From Anabaena cylindrica PCC 7122 (GTDB lineage Bacteria; Cyanobacteriota; Cyanobacteriia; Cyanobacteriales; Nostocaceae): DNA of 64,000 nt. Every line of letters starts with the position of its first letter. Within the stretch, counting starts at the first letter, position 1. Position numbers and translations under genes: made by a program. Location of the stretch: NCBI RefSeq assembly GCF_000317695.1, contig NC_019771.1, positions 2,463,823 through 2,527,822 of the forward strand. Direction: 5' to 3'. Below, in pieces: positions 37,878 to 48,559 of this stretch. The notes beneath the pieces are model-generated. The model saw only the letters and a list, made by a program, of their open reading frames with translations, was not told where the DNA came from and ran no database searches.

Positions 37878-39311
37878 GGTTCTTCGGTAGTTGTTATGCC
37901 AAACTATTAGCTACACTCACTAAATAATATTAAAAAATGTATCAATAAATGACTAAAGGTATTGTAGGGGTTGACATACAAAGAGCATTTATTATTAACT
38001 ATAAATGCAATCCAAATTATTTTTAGATAAACTTAAAGTTATGACTGGCAAAAAAGGTATTAAAATTCTAACAGAAATTCTGGATTTAAGCGGTGTAAAA
38101 GTTGTATCACATCGCCTTCATACCGGAATTGGAATGATTTTACAAATTGAACAAGAAAATTCATTTGCTACCTGCCCATATTGTGGCACAACCAGCCATA
38201 AATTACATCAAAATCATAGACATATTATTAAAGACCTCCCTTTTGGAGAAAAAGAAATATTTTTAGAAATTAATCGCCGACAGTTTAAATGTGAACAATG
38301 TAAAAAACCATTTAGTGAAGATTTAGATTTTGTTAAAAAGAAAAGAACTTTTACAAATCGCCTTGCAAATAAGACAATACAAGAAGTTTTAGAAAACGAC
38401 ATTCATAGTGTAGCAGCAAAAGGTATAGTAACAAAAGACGAAATAGAAAGAATGTTAAAAGACGCATCATCAGAATTACCAGATTTAAAACCTATAAATC
38501 TAAAAAGACTGGGAATTGATGAAATAGCTTTGAAGAAAGGACATGGGAATTACTGTGCAGTATTAGTAGATTTAGATCAGAGCAAACTAATTGCGATTTT
38601 AAGCGGACGAACACAAGAAATAATCAGGAAAACCCTTATGGGATGGGGGACAGAGATTCTAGAAAATATAGAAGAAGTCAGTATAGATTTGTGGAGTGGC
38701 TATAAAACTTTAGTAACAGAATTAATGCCAAATGCTCAAGTAGTAGCTGATAGATTTCATGTAATGACACAGATTAACAAAGAATTAGATACACAAAGAA
38801 AAAGGGAAAAACGGAAAGTTGAAGATTTAATCAAGAAAGCAAATACAACAGAAAAATCTAAATATGAAGAAATATTAGCTGGATTGAAGAATAGTAAATA
38901 TCCCTTACTTAAAAATGAAGATAAGTTAACCCAAGAGCAATTAGAGAAACTGATTCAAGTTAAAAATGTCTCGCCTATTTTGAAGGAAATGCACGAATTT
39001 AAAGAAAAGATTAGGCAAATTTTTAATACTACACAAGATTGGTATACGGGAGTTTTCAAATTAGGTATGTGGTTATCGAGAGCTAAAAAATACTTCCCAA
39101 ATAGCAACAATACTATTATTCGTTGGTATCAGGAAATTATAGCCTACTTTGATAATAGGACAACCAGTGGTACTGTGGAAGGAATTAATAACAAGCTTAA
39201 ACTAATAAAACGTTCGGGATATGGATTTAAAAACTTTGAAAATTTCCGAATTAGATGCTTATTAAGTTGGCATTATGTTTAATAGTTTAGCATAAAAAGT
39301 ACCGAAGAGCC
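37878..39311 (+). mobile_element. ISL3-family insertion sequence (1434 bp) with 8-bp target-site duplication AGAAATTG
   Basis: IR-L GGTTCTTCGGTAGTTGTTATGCCAAACTATTA pairs with the reverse complement of IR-R GGCTCTTCGGTACTTTTTATGCTAAACTATTA. The direct repeats agaaattg lie at 37870-37877 and 39312-39319. Confidence 0.85.
38005..39282 (+). CDS. ISL3-family transposase
   Basis: 425 aa. Zinc finger CPYCG...CEQCKKPF. DDE region GIDEIALKKGHGNYCAVLVDLDQSKLIAIL...VSIDLWSGY...FHVM. Confidence 0.85.
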   Translation: MQSKLFLDKLKVMTGKKGIKILTEILDLSGVKVVSHRLHTGIGMILQIEQENSFATCPYCGTTSHKLHQNHRHIIKDLPFGEKEIFLEINRRQFKCEQCKKPFSEDLDFVKKKRTFTNRLANKTIQEVLENDIHSVAAKGIVTKDEIERMLKDASSELPDLKPINLKRLGIDEIALKKGHGNYCAVLVDLDQSKLIAILSGRTQEIIRKTLMGWGTEILENIEEVSIDLWSGYKTLVTELMPNAQVVADRFHVMTQINKELDTQRKREKRKVEDLIKKANTTEKSKYEEILAGLKNSKYPLLKNEDKLTQEQLEKLIQVKNVSPILKEMHEFKEKIRQIFNTTQDWYTGVFKLGMWLSRAKKYFPNSNNTIIRWYQEIIAYFDNRTTSGTVEGINNKLKLIKRSGYGFKNFENFRIRCLLSWHYV

Positions 39312-39911
39312 AGAAATTGTAACTTCCATTCTTTCATGTATTTCTTTGATATCGTTAATAACATCTATGTTATAGAGATTCCAAGAAAAAATCTTGTATT
39401 TATTGCTTTTATAGACATCATTACTCCATTTTGAAGCAATACTTTTATAGAATTTTGAGTTAAATTCTTTCTCAGTCATTGATTTCAGTATTCTATAAGT
39501 TTTAACAAAAGACACTAGAGAATCATAGTTGCTATAAAGTTCTCCCCAAATTGCCGATTTAATTTCATACTCCTTGTTTTTTTCTTTGAACAAATCAACT
39601 GATTCTTTAACAATTAAAGATATTAAAGTTGCCGGAGGCAGTAAATATACAAGATGATCTAAATCATGTAGGTAATTTATTCCAAGCGGTAAAGAAATAA
39701 GAGATAGACTTATAATTGATAACTTCAAATTCTCATTTTTTTCAGTATGAGCAATAATATCTTTAATATAGCCCTGCCTCCAATTAAGCCAAATAATAAG
39801 GAACATAAAACCAATCAACAAATTTTCCATAATATTTTCTTTCATAAAATGTGGGAGCATAAGTTGTGGAATGCAGATATCTGTCAACTTTAAACAAATG
39901 AAGTATATCAC
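39312..39911 (-). pseudogene. membrane protein gene disrupted by the ISL3 insertion (remaining 3' part at ~37722-37877)
   Basis: The ORF 39279-39911 takes its last ~11 codons from the IS. The in-frame continuation ISQAEDEIEPFNDDSFVIPFIENALHDLRHLLLQMDEQKAKIMFLNNASYVKD* lies on the other side of the IS. Confidence 0.5.
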
Positions 39912-39945
39912 CTTTTACACAAATGATATTATTGATTAACAAAAA

Positions 39946-41250
39946 TTAACTCCTTTTATAAACCACTTCCATTCTCAACTTCTCCATCTCAATCTTCAAC
40001 CGTTCATTCTCCATTTTCAACCCTGTATTTTCATCCTTAATCAACTCCACCTCATTCCGTTTACTCAAAGCCTGATTAATTGCCAACTTCCGCATATCTA
40101 AAGAGAACCAACGTTGATATGTTTTCGTATGAATCTGCACACTATGACCCAAATTATCCGCCGCAGCTTTAATAGGAATCCCCAAAATATGCGCTCGAAT
40201 TGCCCAACCATGACGTAAATCATAAGGTTTAAAATCTAAACCTATTTTTCTAAACCACCAACTCACTCTTTGAATTAAAGCCGTGATTTCTGCATGATTA
40301 TTTTTATCTTTTTTACTAATTGCTATTGCCAACATTTCTAAATACTTCGGATTTCTTAAATCAAATTCATCAATCCATTCTTTATATAAAGGCAAAGCTT
40401 CTCTTTCACCAGTTTTACAATCTTTATCAACTTTCCATGTTAAATCTATATTTTCATCACTTAACCACCAAGCAATATGAGGATTAATAAAAAGCTCACG
40501 GGGACGTAAACCAAAAACCGCTAACATTCCATAAATCCAGCGCCATAATTGCCAGCTATCTTTCACATCTTGATTAACTTGCTTACCTCTGTTATTTAGA
40601 TATTCATCAAACTTGTAGAATCCTGTAACTATTTCCTGATCTGTGGGAACATTCCGAGAATTACTCTCAGGCATTTTGGAATACTTAGATAAATCAATTT
40701 CAATTTTAAAGGTCTGACAAAAAGCAGAAATAGCTCTAGCGGCATTATATTTTGCCCATTCTTTATCTAGTTTTTCAAGTGAAGCAATCAAATTTTCCGC
40801 AGTTGCTAAATATTGAGGATTAGTGTAGCGTTTTGTTCGGGAAAAATAATAGAAAAAAGTATGCTCGCTTTTAGTAGTGCGTTGATGGGTTTTAAAATAT
40901 TCCTCTTCAAACTGTTCGAGTAATTCTCCTATAGTTGTTAAATCCTTTTTAATGGACTCATTTCCTAAATATTTATCAGTCCAGGTAAATGTTTTTCTAG
41001 CAATTAATTTTCCTAATTCATAAGCTTCCTCTTCTGCTGTTTTTAGTCCATCCAAGTTTGCGGGAATATTCAGAGTGATATTGTATTGTTTTCTTCCCGT
41101 TTTCCTTGTGTCCTGATCTCCCGGTTTAATTGGTAACGTTGCCCGTAATTGCAGAGATCCATTTGATTCTCGAATTGTTACTCTCGTCTTCGCAGACTTC
41201 AAACGCAGATTTACTTGTTCTAATTCCAGTAGAATTTTTTCTTTCATCAT
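39946..41250 (-). CDS. xisA: site-specific tyrosine recombinase XisA (nifD-element excisase)
   Basis: 434 aa. C-terminal catalytic region RPRELF...YDLRHGWAIRAHILGIPIKAAADNLGHSVQIHTKTYQRW has the R...HxxR...Y arrangement. Position and orientation match xisA of the Anabaena nifD element. Confidence 0.85.
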   Translation of the reverse strand: MMKEKILLELEQVNLRLKSAKTRVTIRESNGSLQLRATLPIKPGDQDTRKTGRKQYNITLNIPANLDGLKTAEEEAYELGKLIARKTFTWTDKYLGNESIKKDLTTIGELLEQFEEEYFKTHQRTTKSEHTFFYYFSRTKRYTNPQYLATAENLIASLEKLDKEWAKYNAARAISAFCQTFKIEIDLSKYSKMPESNSRNVPTDQEIVTGFYKFDEYLNNRGKQVNQDVKDSWQLWRWIYGMLAVFGLRPRELFINPHIAWWLSDENIDLTWKVDKDCKTGEREALPLYKEWIDEFDLRNPKYLEMLAIAISKKDKNNHAEITALIQRVSWWFRKIGLDFKPYDLRHGWAIRAHILGIPIKAAADNLGHSVQIHTKTYQRWFSLDMRKLAINQALSKRNEVELIKDENTGLKMENERLKIEMEKLRMEVVYKRS

Positions 41251-41480
41251 CCTTGGTGTTGCAGATTAAGAATATAGATTTATTGCACGCAGAGACGCAG
41301 AGTCACAGAGAGTAAGAGTTGAGAATTTTCTCGTTCCCAATCCAATCAGAGTTTGGGAACGAGAGGTTGGTATTAGCCTATATTTAGACTAAAAATAAAT
41401 GTGTTATCTGCATACATTGTTTATCGCTGACATTGCTCACTGCAAACATAGCGAAGTCAAAAGCTATTAAACCATTAGAA

Positions 41481-41491
41481 GAACTACTCCG
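41481..41491. repeat. XisA-type recombination site, right copy (GAACTACTCCG; 9/11 identical to left copy)
   Basis: The core TACTCCG is shared. The flanking codons continue NifD (GPYHGYDGF). Confidence 0.75.
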
Positions 41492-41631
41492 GTCCTTATC
41501 ACGGTTACGACGGATTCGCAATCTTTGCTCGTGACATGGATTTGGCGCTAAACAGCCCAACCTGGGGATTAATCGGCGCTCCCTGGAACAAGAAAGCTCA
41601 AGCTAAAGCTAAGGCTAAAGCTTCCGTCTAG
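41492..41631 (+). CDS. nifD: NifD 3' segment (C-terminal 46 codons)
   Basis: (S)[46 protein letters not shown] is the canonical NifD C-terminus. Confidence 0.85.
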
Positions 41632-41699
41632 AAACACCAGAGAGTAGGGGCAACCCTGCCCGTACAGGGATAGCCTGGGGTGAACACCCCAGGGGGGAG

Positions 41700-41768
41700 T
41701 TGGAAATTCAAAATTCAAAATTAAAAATTCAAAGTTTCGGATTTTGGATTTTGCATTCTGAATTTTGA
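41700..41768. repeat. heptamer-repeat hairpin ((AAATTCA)n / (GATTTTG)n inverted) downstream of nifD
   Basis: ggaaattcaaaattcaaaattaaaaattcaaagtttcggattttggattttgcattctgaattttgag. A similar structure sits after hesB (50108-50160). Confidence 0.55.
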
Positions 41769-41852
41769 GCCACATTCCCGACTTCCCCCAAAGGTGGAGA
41801 AACCCCGCCCCAAAAGCAAAAACAACACACAGCAAGCTTGGAGATACACAAA

Positions 41853-43388
41853 ATGCCTCAGAATCCAGAAAATATTAAGGATCACGTTGAGTTATTCCAC
41901 CAGCCAGAATACCAACAACTGTTTGAAAACAAGAGACAGTTTGAAAACGGTCACGACCCCGCAGAAGTAACACGAGTTGCAGAATGGACAAAAAGCTGGG
42001 AATATCGTGAAAAGAACTTTGAACGTACAGCTTTAACAGTTAACCCAGCGAAGGGTTGTCAACCTTTAGGAGCAATGTTTGCTGCTGTAGGTTTTGAAGG
42101 TACTCTTCCCTTCGTTCAAGGTTCTCAAGGTTGCGTAGCTTACTTCCGTACCCACTTAACCCGTCACTACAAAGAACCATTCTCCGGCGTTTCTTCTTCC
42201 ATGACAGAAGACGCTGCTGTGTTCGGTGGTCTGCAAAACATGATTGACGGCTTGGCTAACTCATACAGCCTTTACAAGCCCAAAATGATTGCTGTCTGCA
42301 CCACCTGTATGGCAGAAGTTATCGGTGATGACTTACAGTCATTCATTGGTAACGCGAAGGAAGCTGGTTCAGTTCCTCAAGATTTCCCAGTACCTTTTGC
42401 TCACACACCTAGTTTCGTTGGTTCCCACATCACTGGTTACGACAACATGATGAAGGGAATTCTTTCTACCTTGACCGAAGGTAAGAAGAAAGCCAAGAGC
42501 AATGGTAAAATCAACTTTATCCCAGGTTTTGACACCTACGTAGAAAACAACCGCGAAATCAAGCGGATGGCTAACTTGATGGGTATTGACTACACTGTTT
42601 TATCTGATAACAGTGACTATGTTGATTCACCCAACACTGGTGAATTCGATATGTACCCAGGTGGTACTAAGCTGGAAGATGCAGCAGATTCTATCAACGC
42701 CAAGGCTACTGTTGCTCTGCAGGCTTACTCTACCACTAAAACCCGTGAGTACATTGCTAAGGAATGGAAGCAAGACGTTTGTGTTTCTCGTCCTTGGGGT
42801 ATCAAGGGAACTGATGAGTTCTTGATGAAACTCAGCGAATTGACTGGCAAGGCTATTCCTGAAGAGTTGGAAATTGAACGTGGTCGTGCTGTTGACGCAA
42901 TGACCGATTCCCACTCTTGGTTGCATGGTAAGCGCTTCGCTATCTACGGTGATCCTGACTTAGTTTACAGCGTAGTTGGTTTCATGTTGGAAATGGGTGC
43001 TGAACCTGTACATATCTTGGTTCACAACACCAACGAAGTATTTGAGAAAGAACTGCAAGCATTGTTAGATTCTAGCGTCTTCGGTAAGGGTGCTAAAATC
43101 TGGGGTGGTAAGGACTTGTGGCACATGAGATCACTCTTGTTCACAGAACCCGTAGATTTGTTAATTGGTAATTCCTACGGTAAGTACCTGTGGCGTGATT
43201 GTAAGGTTCCCTTGGTAAGAATTGGTTATCCTATTATGGATCGTCACCACTACCACCGTTACGCTACTGTTGGTTATAAAGGTATTATCAACCTCCTCAA
43301 CTGGATTGTTAACACAATCTTTGAAGATATCGACCAACATACCAATATTCCTTCTAAGACAGATATTTCCTACGACTTGATTCGTTAG
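41853..43388 (+). CDS. nifK: nitrogenase MoFe protein beta chain NifK
   Basis: [39 protein letters not shown]...[32 protein letters not shown]. It is full length, about 511 aa from this Met. Confidence 0.95.
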   Translation: MPQNPENIKDHVELFHQPEYQQLFENKRQFENGHDPAEVTRVAEWTKSWEYREKNFERTALTVNPAKGCQPLGAMFAAVGFEGTLPFVQGSQGCVAYFRTHLTRHYKEPFSGVSSSMTEDAAVFGGLQNMIDGLANSYSLYKPKMIAVCTTCMAEVIGDDLQSFIGNAKEAGSVPQDFPVPFAHTPSFVGSHITGYDNMMKGILSTLTEGKKKAKSNGKINFIPGFDTYVENNREIKRMANLMGIDYTVLSDNSDYVDSPNTGEFDMYPGGTKLEDAADSINAKATVALQAYSTTKTREYIAKEWKQDVCVSRPWGIKGTDEFLMKLSELTGKAIPEELEIERGRAVDAMTDSHSWLHGKRFAIYGDPDLVYSVVGFMLEMGAEPVHILVHNTNEVFEKELQALLDSSVFGKGAKIWGGKDLWHMRSLLFTEPVDLLIGNSYGKYLWRDCKVPLVRIGYPIMDRHHYHRYATVGYKGIINLLNWIVNTIFEDIDQHTNIPSKTDISYDLIR

Positions 43389-43583
43389 AAATGTCCTTGG
43401 GGATGAGGTTTCCCCCACCCCTGCAAAGAATTGTAGTATTACTCACTTGTCAATTAAGGGTCAGGAAAAGACAAATAAATTCAAATATCAAAATTCAAAG
43501 TTATGAGTTTTGCAAATTGAATTAATTCCAACTTTTCCTTTTCCCTTTTCTTTTTTTCATTGCATTTACCTTCATTATGTATT

Positions 43584-43919
43584 ATGGAAACAACTCACTC
43601 TCACACTCATCCACATCCTCAGCCTAATTACCATCCACCTAATTCTAAAGATTCTGGTTCTTTTGATATTCTCAAGCCCTTGCGAAGATGGGTGGATGGA
43701 ATTGAAGTAAAAAATGTTCGTCTTGCTCATGTATTTTGTCAGGTAATTCCCTGCTGTTGTCCTTTTGAGCGAGATGTTAATTTATTTGGGTGGATTTTAC
43801 ATATTCCGCCATTGTGCAAACTCAATCCGTTATATGATGAGTTTGTTTATTTAAGATTTCGGGCTTTATCTTACCTTGCTGATGTTTGTGGGGAAGATGT
43901 CACAAGGTACATTTGCTAG
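43584..43919 (+). CDS. Mo-dependent nitrogenase C-terminal-domain family protein (nifK-nifE intergenic ORF)
   Basis: The position between nifK and nifE matches the conserved small ORF of heterocystous cyanobacteria. It has a His/Pro-rich N-terminus and a Cys cluster (CQVIPCCCPF). Confidence 0.4.
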   Translation: METTHSHTHPHPQPNYHPPNSKDSGSFDILKPLRRWVDGIEVKNVRLAHVFCQVIPCCCPFERDVNLFGWILHIPPLCKLNPLYDEFVYLRFRALSYLADVCGEDVTRYIC

Positions 43920-44333
43920 TACTGGTTACTTATTTCATCTAAGAGAAACTTCACGCAGAGGCGCAGAGGTGCAAAGAGAAATATGGAGTTTTTGTACTTA
44001 CAGCAATTTTCATGAAAATGCGCCACATCTTAATGAATATTTCGCACCAAGGCAGAAATAAATTAATTTAGAGTGTAGTTTAAATACATGAAATGCTGTA
44101 AGTTCAGCAATGCCAATAATGATATAGGAAATTGTACTTCATGATTTCTTGTGAATTTAAGTTTATATGTTTATTGGCAATATTCAATGCCAGAAAAATT
44201 CAGCGACAGCTAAATAGATATCTTTTCTGAAACTTTATCTGTGTAAATATTGTGTGAAGAGGAATTTTGCGGGAAGTCTATTCAGGTTTGCTCACATTTC
44301 AATTAACAACTTCCATCCAACGCGAGACGAGAG

Positions 44334-45722
44334 ATGAAAATTACCCAAGGCAAAATTAACGAGTTACTTAGTGAGTCAGGATGCGAACATAATCAAAAGA
44401 AACAAGGAGAAAAGAAAAACAAGTCTTGTACACAACAAGCTCAACCAGGTGCGGCTCAAGGGGGTTGTGCTTTTGATGGGGCGATGATTGCTTTAGTACC
44501 TATTACTGATGCTGCTCATTTGGTTCACGGGCCGATCGCTTGTGCTGGTAATTCTTGGGGTAGTCGTGGTAGTCTCTCTTCTGGCCCTATGCTTTATAAG
44601 ACTGGTTTTACCACTGATATTGGTGAAAATGATGTCATTTTTGGTGGTGAGAAAAAGCTCTATAAAGCAATTTTGGAATTAAAGGAACGCTATACACCAG
44701 CAGCGATATTTGTTTATGCTACTTGCGTAACTGCTCTGATTGGTGATGATGTTGATGCAGTTTGTAAGGTTGCGGCTGAGAAGATTGGTATTCCTGTAAT
44801 TCCTGTTATTGCTCCGGGTTTTATTGGTAGTAAAAATCTGGGTAATCGCTTTGGTGGTGAAGCTTTACTAGAATATGTAGTGGGAACTGCTGAACCAGAA
44901 TATACCACGCCTTATGATATTAATTTAATTGGTGAGTACAATATTGCTGGAGAAATGTGGGGCGTTTTGCCTTTATTTGAAAAGCTAGGTATTCGCGTTT
45001 TATCGAAAATTACTGGTGATGCTCGTTATGAAGAGATTCGTTATGCTCACCGGGCTAAATTAAATGTAATGATTTGCTCACGGGCGCTGTTAAATATGGC
45101 ACGAAAAATGGAGGAACGTTATAACATTCCTTTCATTGAAGAGTCTTTTTATGGTATTGATGATATTAACCGTTGTCTGCGAACTGTTGCTAAAAAATTA
45201 GGTGATGCTGATTTAATGGCACGGACTGAAAAGTTAATTGCTGATGAAACTGCGGCTTTAGATATTGCACTTGCTCCCTATAGAGAACGCCTGAAAGGTA
45301 AGCGGGTGGTTTTATATACTGGCGGTGTGAAAAGTTGGTCAATTATTTCGGCAGCTAATGATTTAGGAATTGAAGTTGTTGCAACTAGTACTCGCAAAAG
45401 TACAGAGGAAGATAAGGCCAAAATTAAGAAGTTGTTGGGCAATGATGGCATTATGTTGGAGAAGGGGAATGCCCAAGAATTATTGAAGTTGGTGCGAGAT
45501 ACTAACGCAGATATGCTTATTGCTGGGGGACGGAATCAATATACGGCTTTGAAGGCGCGGATTCCTTTTCTGGATATTAACCAAGAACGTCACCATCCTT
45601 ATGCGGGTTATGTGGGGATGGTGGAAATGGCGCGGGAGTTGTATGAGGCTTTATACAGTCCTGTCTGGGAACAAATACGTAAGCCGGCTCCTTGGGATGA
45701 AGAGGAAGTGCTTTCAAAGTAG
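44334..45722 (+). CDS. nifE: nitrogenase FeMo-cofactor biosynthesis protein NifE
   Basis: [37 protein letters not shown]...[12 protein letters not shown]. 462 aa. Confidence 0.9.
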   Translation: MKITQGKINELLSESGCEHNQKKQGEKKNKSCTQQAQPGAAQGGCAFDGAMIALVPITDAAHLVHGPIACAGNSWGSRGSLSSGPMLYKTGFTTDIGENDVIFGGEKKLYKAILELKERYTPAAIFVYATCVTALIGDDVDAVCKVAAEKIGIPVIPVIAPGFIGSKNLGNRFGGEALLEYVVGTAEPEYTTPYDINLIGEYNIAGEMWGVLPLFEKLGIRVLSKITGDARYEEIRYAHRAKLNVMICSRALLNMARKMEERYNIPFIEESFYGIDDINRCLRTVAKKLGDADLMARTEKLIADETAALDIALAPYRERLKGKRVVLYTGGVKSWSIISAANDLGIEVVATSTRKSTEEDKAKIKKLLGNDGIMLEKGNAQELLKLVRDTNADMLIAGGRNQYTALKARIPFLDINQERHHPYAGYVGMVEMARELYEALYSPVWEQIRKPAPWDEEEVLSK

Positions 45723-45828
45723 GAGGGGAAGGGCGAAGCATTCGGACAGAAAATCAATGGTTTCAACGATAGGTTATCGCCCGAATGCTTCGCCCCTACA
45801 AAGTTTAAAATTTATGAAAGATTAATTT

Positions 45829-47160
45829 ATGGCAATTGTTAATACTCCAAACAAGTCTCTTACGGTTAATCCGCTGAAACAAAGTCAGGCTTTGGGTGCA
45901 TCTTTGGCTTTTTTGGGGTTGAAGGGTGCTATGCCTTTGTTTCACGGTTCTCAAGGTTGTACTGCTTTTGCTAAGGTGGTTTTGGTGCGGCATTTTCGGG
46001 AGGCAATTCCTCTTGCTACTACAGCTATGACGGAAGTCACTACTATTTTGGGTGGTGAGGAAAATGTTGAGCAAGCTATTTTGACTTTGGTGGAAAAGGC
46101 GAAACCGGAAATTATCGGTTTGTGTACAACTGGGTTAACGGAAACTAGGGGGGATGATATTGAGGGTTTTTTGAAGGAAATCCGCAAACGTCATCCTGAA
46201 CTTGACTATTTAGCGATCGCATTTGCCCCGACTCCTGATTTTAAAGGTGCGTTACAAGATGGTTTTGCAGCAGCTGTAGAAAGCATTGTTAGAGAGATTC
46301 CCAAAACCGGCGGAATTAAACCGGAACAAATCACCATTTTGGCTGGTTCTGCTTTCACTCCCGGAGATGTGCAGGAAGTTCGGGAAATTGTCACCGCTTT
46401 TGGATTTGAAGCAATTTTTGTACCCGATTTGGGTGCTTCTCTAGATGGACATCTGGAGGATGAATATAGTGCGGTGACGGTTAGCGGGACAACTCTTAAA
46501 CAATTGCGTTCCTTGGGTAGTTCGGCTTTCACTTTGGCTTTGGGTGAAAGTATGCGGGGTGCTGCCAAGATTCTGCAAGAGCGTTTTGGCACAGATTACG
46601 AAGTATTTAAGGATTTGACAGGTTTAGAACCTGTGGATGAGTTCCTGCAAGCGTTAGCGGTTTTGAGCGGTAATCCCGTACCCGAAAAATATCGCCGTCA
46701 ACGTCGTCAGTTGCAAGATGCAATGTTGGATACTCACTTTTACTTCGGTGCAAAACGGGTATCTTTAGCGCTAGAACCAGATTTACTTTGGTCTATGGTG
46801 CATTTTTTGCAGTCAATGGGGGCATCTATTCATGCTGCTGTGACAACCACGCGATCGCATTTATTAGAACATCTTCCCGTCAAAAGCGTTACTATCGGCG
46901 ACTTAGAAGATTTAGAAGAATTGGCTGTAGGTTCGGATTTGCTGATTGGTAACTCCAACGTGAATGCAATCGCCAAACGTCTCAAAATCCCCTTCTACCG
47001 TCTCGGAATTCCCATCTACGACCGATTAGGAAATGGCTTATTTACCAAAGTAGGCTATCGCGGCACAATGGAAGTTTTATTTGGGATGGGAAACCTCTTT
47101 TTAGAACACGAAGAGACATTAATGATAAATCATTGGTCATCAGTAATTAATAGGGAATAG
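45829..47160 (+). CDS. nifN: nitrogenase FeMo-cofactor biosynthesis protein NifN
   Basis: NPLKQSQALGASLAFLGLKGAMPLFHGSQGCTAFAKV... 443 aa, following nifE. Confidence 0.9.
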   Translation: MAIVNTPNKSLTVNPLKQSQALGASLAFLGLKGAMPLFHGSQGCTAFAKVVLVRHFREAIPLATTAMTEVTTILGGEENVEQAILTLVEKAKPEIIGLCTTGLTETRGDDIEGFLKEIRKRHPELDYLAIAFAPTPDFKGALQDGFAAAVESIVREIPKTGGIKPEQITILAGSAFTPGDVQEVREIVTAFGFEAIFVPDLGASLDGHLEDEYSAVTVSGTTLKQLRSLGSSAFTLALGESMRGAAKILQERFGTDYEVFKDLTGLEPVDEFLQALAVLSGNPVPEKYRRQRRQLQDAMLDTHFYFGAKRVSLALEPDLLWSMVHFLQSMGASIHAAVTTTRSHLLEHLPVKSVTIGDLEDLEELAVGSDLLIGNSNVNAIAKRLKIPFYRLGIPIYDRLGNGLFTKVGYRGTMEVLFGMGNLFLEHEETLMINHWSSVINRE

Positions 47161-47188
47161 GTGACAGGGAACAGGTGACAGGTGACAG
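47161..47188. repeat. STRR heptamer repeat (GGTGACA)n
   Basis: gtgacagggaacaggtgacaggtgacag. Confidence 0.55.
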
Positions 47189-47268
47189 AAATAAATTAAT
47201 CAACTCTTACCTATTCCCTATTCCCCATTCCTCATTCCCCATTCCCTCTTTTTACCGACAAAGGACAA

Positions 47269-47688
47269 ATGAACGTGAAAATTGCCTTCACCACAACAGA
47301 CAGAATTCATGTTAATGCTCACTTCGGTTGGGCTAAAGAAATAGATGTTTATGAAATTTCAGACAATGGATATGAATTCCTCGAAACTCTGAAATTTGAA
47401 GGCGACCTCAAAGAAGACGGTAACGAAGATAAAATCACACCTAAACTTGAGGCATTAAATGATTGTACAATCGTTTATGTAGTCGCCATAGGTGGTAGCG
47501 CCGCCGCTCGTTTAATCAAAAAAGGTGTAACACCAGTTAAGGCTAAATCAGAAGAAGAAAAAATCGAAGAAATTCTGAACAAATTAGTCACAACACTCAA
47601 AGGCAACCCCCCACCTTGGTTGCGTAAAGCCTTGAACAAAACCAATACAAACTTTGCAGAAGAAGTAGAAAACGAAGCAGCCGTATGA
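47269..47688 (+). CDS. nifX: NifX
   Basis: MNVKIAFTTTDRIHVNAHFGWAKEIDVYEISDNGYEF...CTIVYVVAIGGSAAARLIKKGVTPV has the NifX/NifB-C-terminal fold motifs. Confidence 0.85.
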   Translation: MNVKIAFTTTDRIHVNAHFGWAKEIDVYEISDNGYEFLETLKFEGDLKEDGNEDKITPKLEALNDCTIVYVVAIGGSAAARLIKKGVTPVKAKSEEEKIEEILNKLVTTLKGNPPPWLRKALNKTNTNFAEEVENEAAV

Positions 47689-48161
47689 GTGAAAATAACA
47701 GTGTCAACGGAACCGCTACAAGCACACCAATAACTTCACCATTTCTCAAAGCATTAGTTCAACAAATCCGGGCACAAGATACTTATGGAACTTACCGGAA
47801 TTGGGCTGACGAATTAATCTTAAAACCTTTTGTTGTCACCAAACAAAAGAAACGAGAAATTTCCATCGAAGGTGAAGTTGACCTAGCAACAATATCACGA
47901 ATTAACGCCTTCTTCAGGGCTGTAGCCTCCAGCATCGAGAAAGAAACCGGATTAATTTCTCATGTTGTAGTTGATTTAGGTCATGAAGGATTCGGTTGGG
48001 CATTAGTCTTTTCAGGTCGTTTATTGTTAACTGTAAAAACCTTACGTGATGCCCATCGCTACGGCTTTGATTCCCTAGAAAAACTGGAAGAAGAAGGAGC
48101 ATCATTCGTCAACAAAGGCATTGATTTAGCCAAACGTTTCCCCGAAGTAGGAAATATTTAA
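47685..48161 (+). CDS. NifX-associated nitrogen fixation protein (DUF269)
   Basis: It is translationally coupled to nifX and has the conserved position of the nifX-downstream orf in cyanobacterial nif clusters. Confidence 0.65.
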   Translation: MSENNSVNGTATSTPITSPFLKALVQQIRAQDTYGTYRNWADELILKPFVVTKQKKREISIEGEVDLATISRINAFFRAVASSIEKETGLISHVVVDLGHEGFGWALVFSGRLLLTVKTLRDAHRYGFDSLEKLEEEGASFVNKGIDLAKRFPEVGNI

Positions 48162-48176
48162 CAAATTGGTAAGAAT

Positions 48177-48212
<36 letters not shown>

Positions 48213-48331
48213 AGAAAGAAGAATATTTTTCTCTTCTGTTAAGAGTTCCCTGCTATATCAAACATTCTATATCCTGAATTCTTACGAATTATCCTACCTT
48301 CTTCCTTCTTGTCTTCGCGTCCTTCGCGCCT

Positions 48332-48559
48332 TTGCGGTTCAATAAAATCCAATTCCCAATGACCATCGAGGAACTCACAACAAAGATTAGAAAGCTAAAT
48401 AGCAAAGCAGGTCAAATGAAAATGGATCTGCACGATTTAGCAGAAGGACTACCAGCAGATTACAAAACACTGATGGATGTTGCCGCCGAAACCTATGAAA
48501 TCTACCGACAATTAGATGAACTCAAGCAGCAACTCAAACAACTGGAGAGTGCAAAATGA
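48332..48559 (+). CDS. small nif-cluster-associated protein (DUF683-like)
   Basis: 75 aa, immediately upstream of and overlapping nifW. Confidence 0.45.
   Translation: MRFNKIQFPMTIEELTTKIRKLNSKAGQMKMDLHDLAEGLPADYKTLMDVAAETYEIYRQLDELKQQLKQLESAK

Larger units (their letters stand above)
26302..41491. mobile_element. nifD excision element (XisA-type), ~15.2 kb
   Basis: It is bounded by GGATTACTCCG (26291-26301) and GAACTACTCCG (41481-41491). Joining across the repeats gives ...CACTCTTGGGATTACTCCGGTCCTTATCACGGTTAC = [12 protein letters not shown], the conserved NifD sequence. A xisA-like gene sits at its nifK-proximal end in opposite orientation. Confidence 0.85.

Noticed and set aside
41569-41835. 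88-aa minus-strand ORF between nifD and nifK
   Set aside because: It lies on the heptamer-repeat hairpin region, its amino acids are repetitive (FEFPTPPW...), and it runs antisense to the nifD-nifK intergenic leader.
43510-43710. 66-aa ORF overlapping the start of the nifK-nifE intergenic gene
   Set aside because: It lies in an alternative frame with a hydrophobic low-complexity sequence. The His/Pro-rich frame starting at 43584 is the conserved one.
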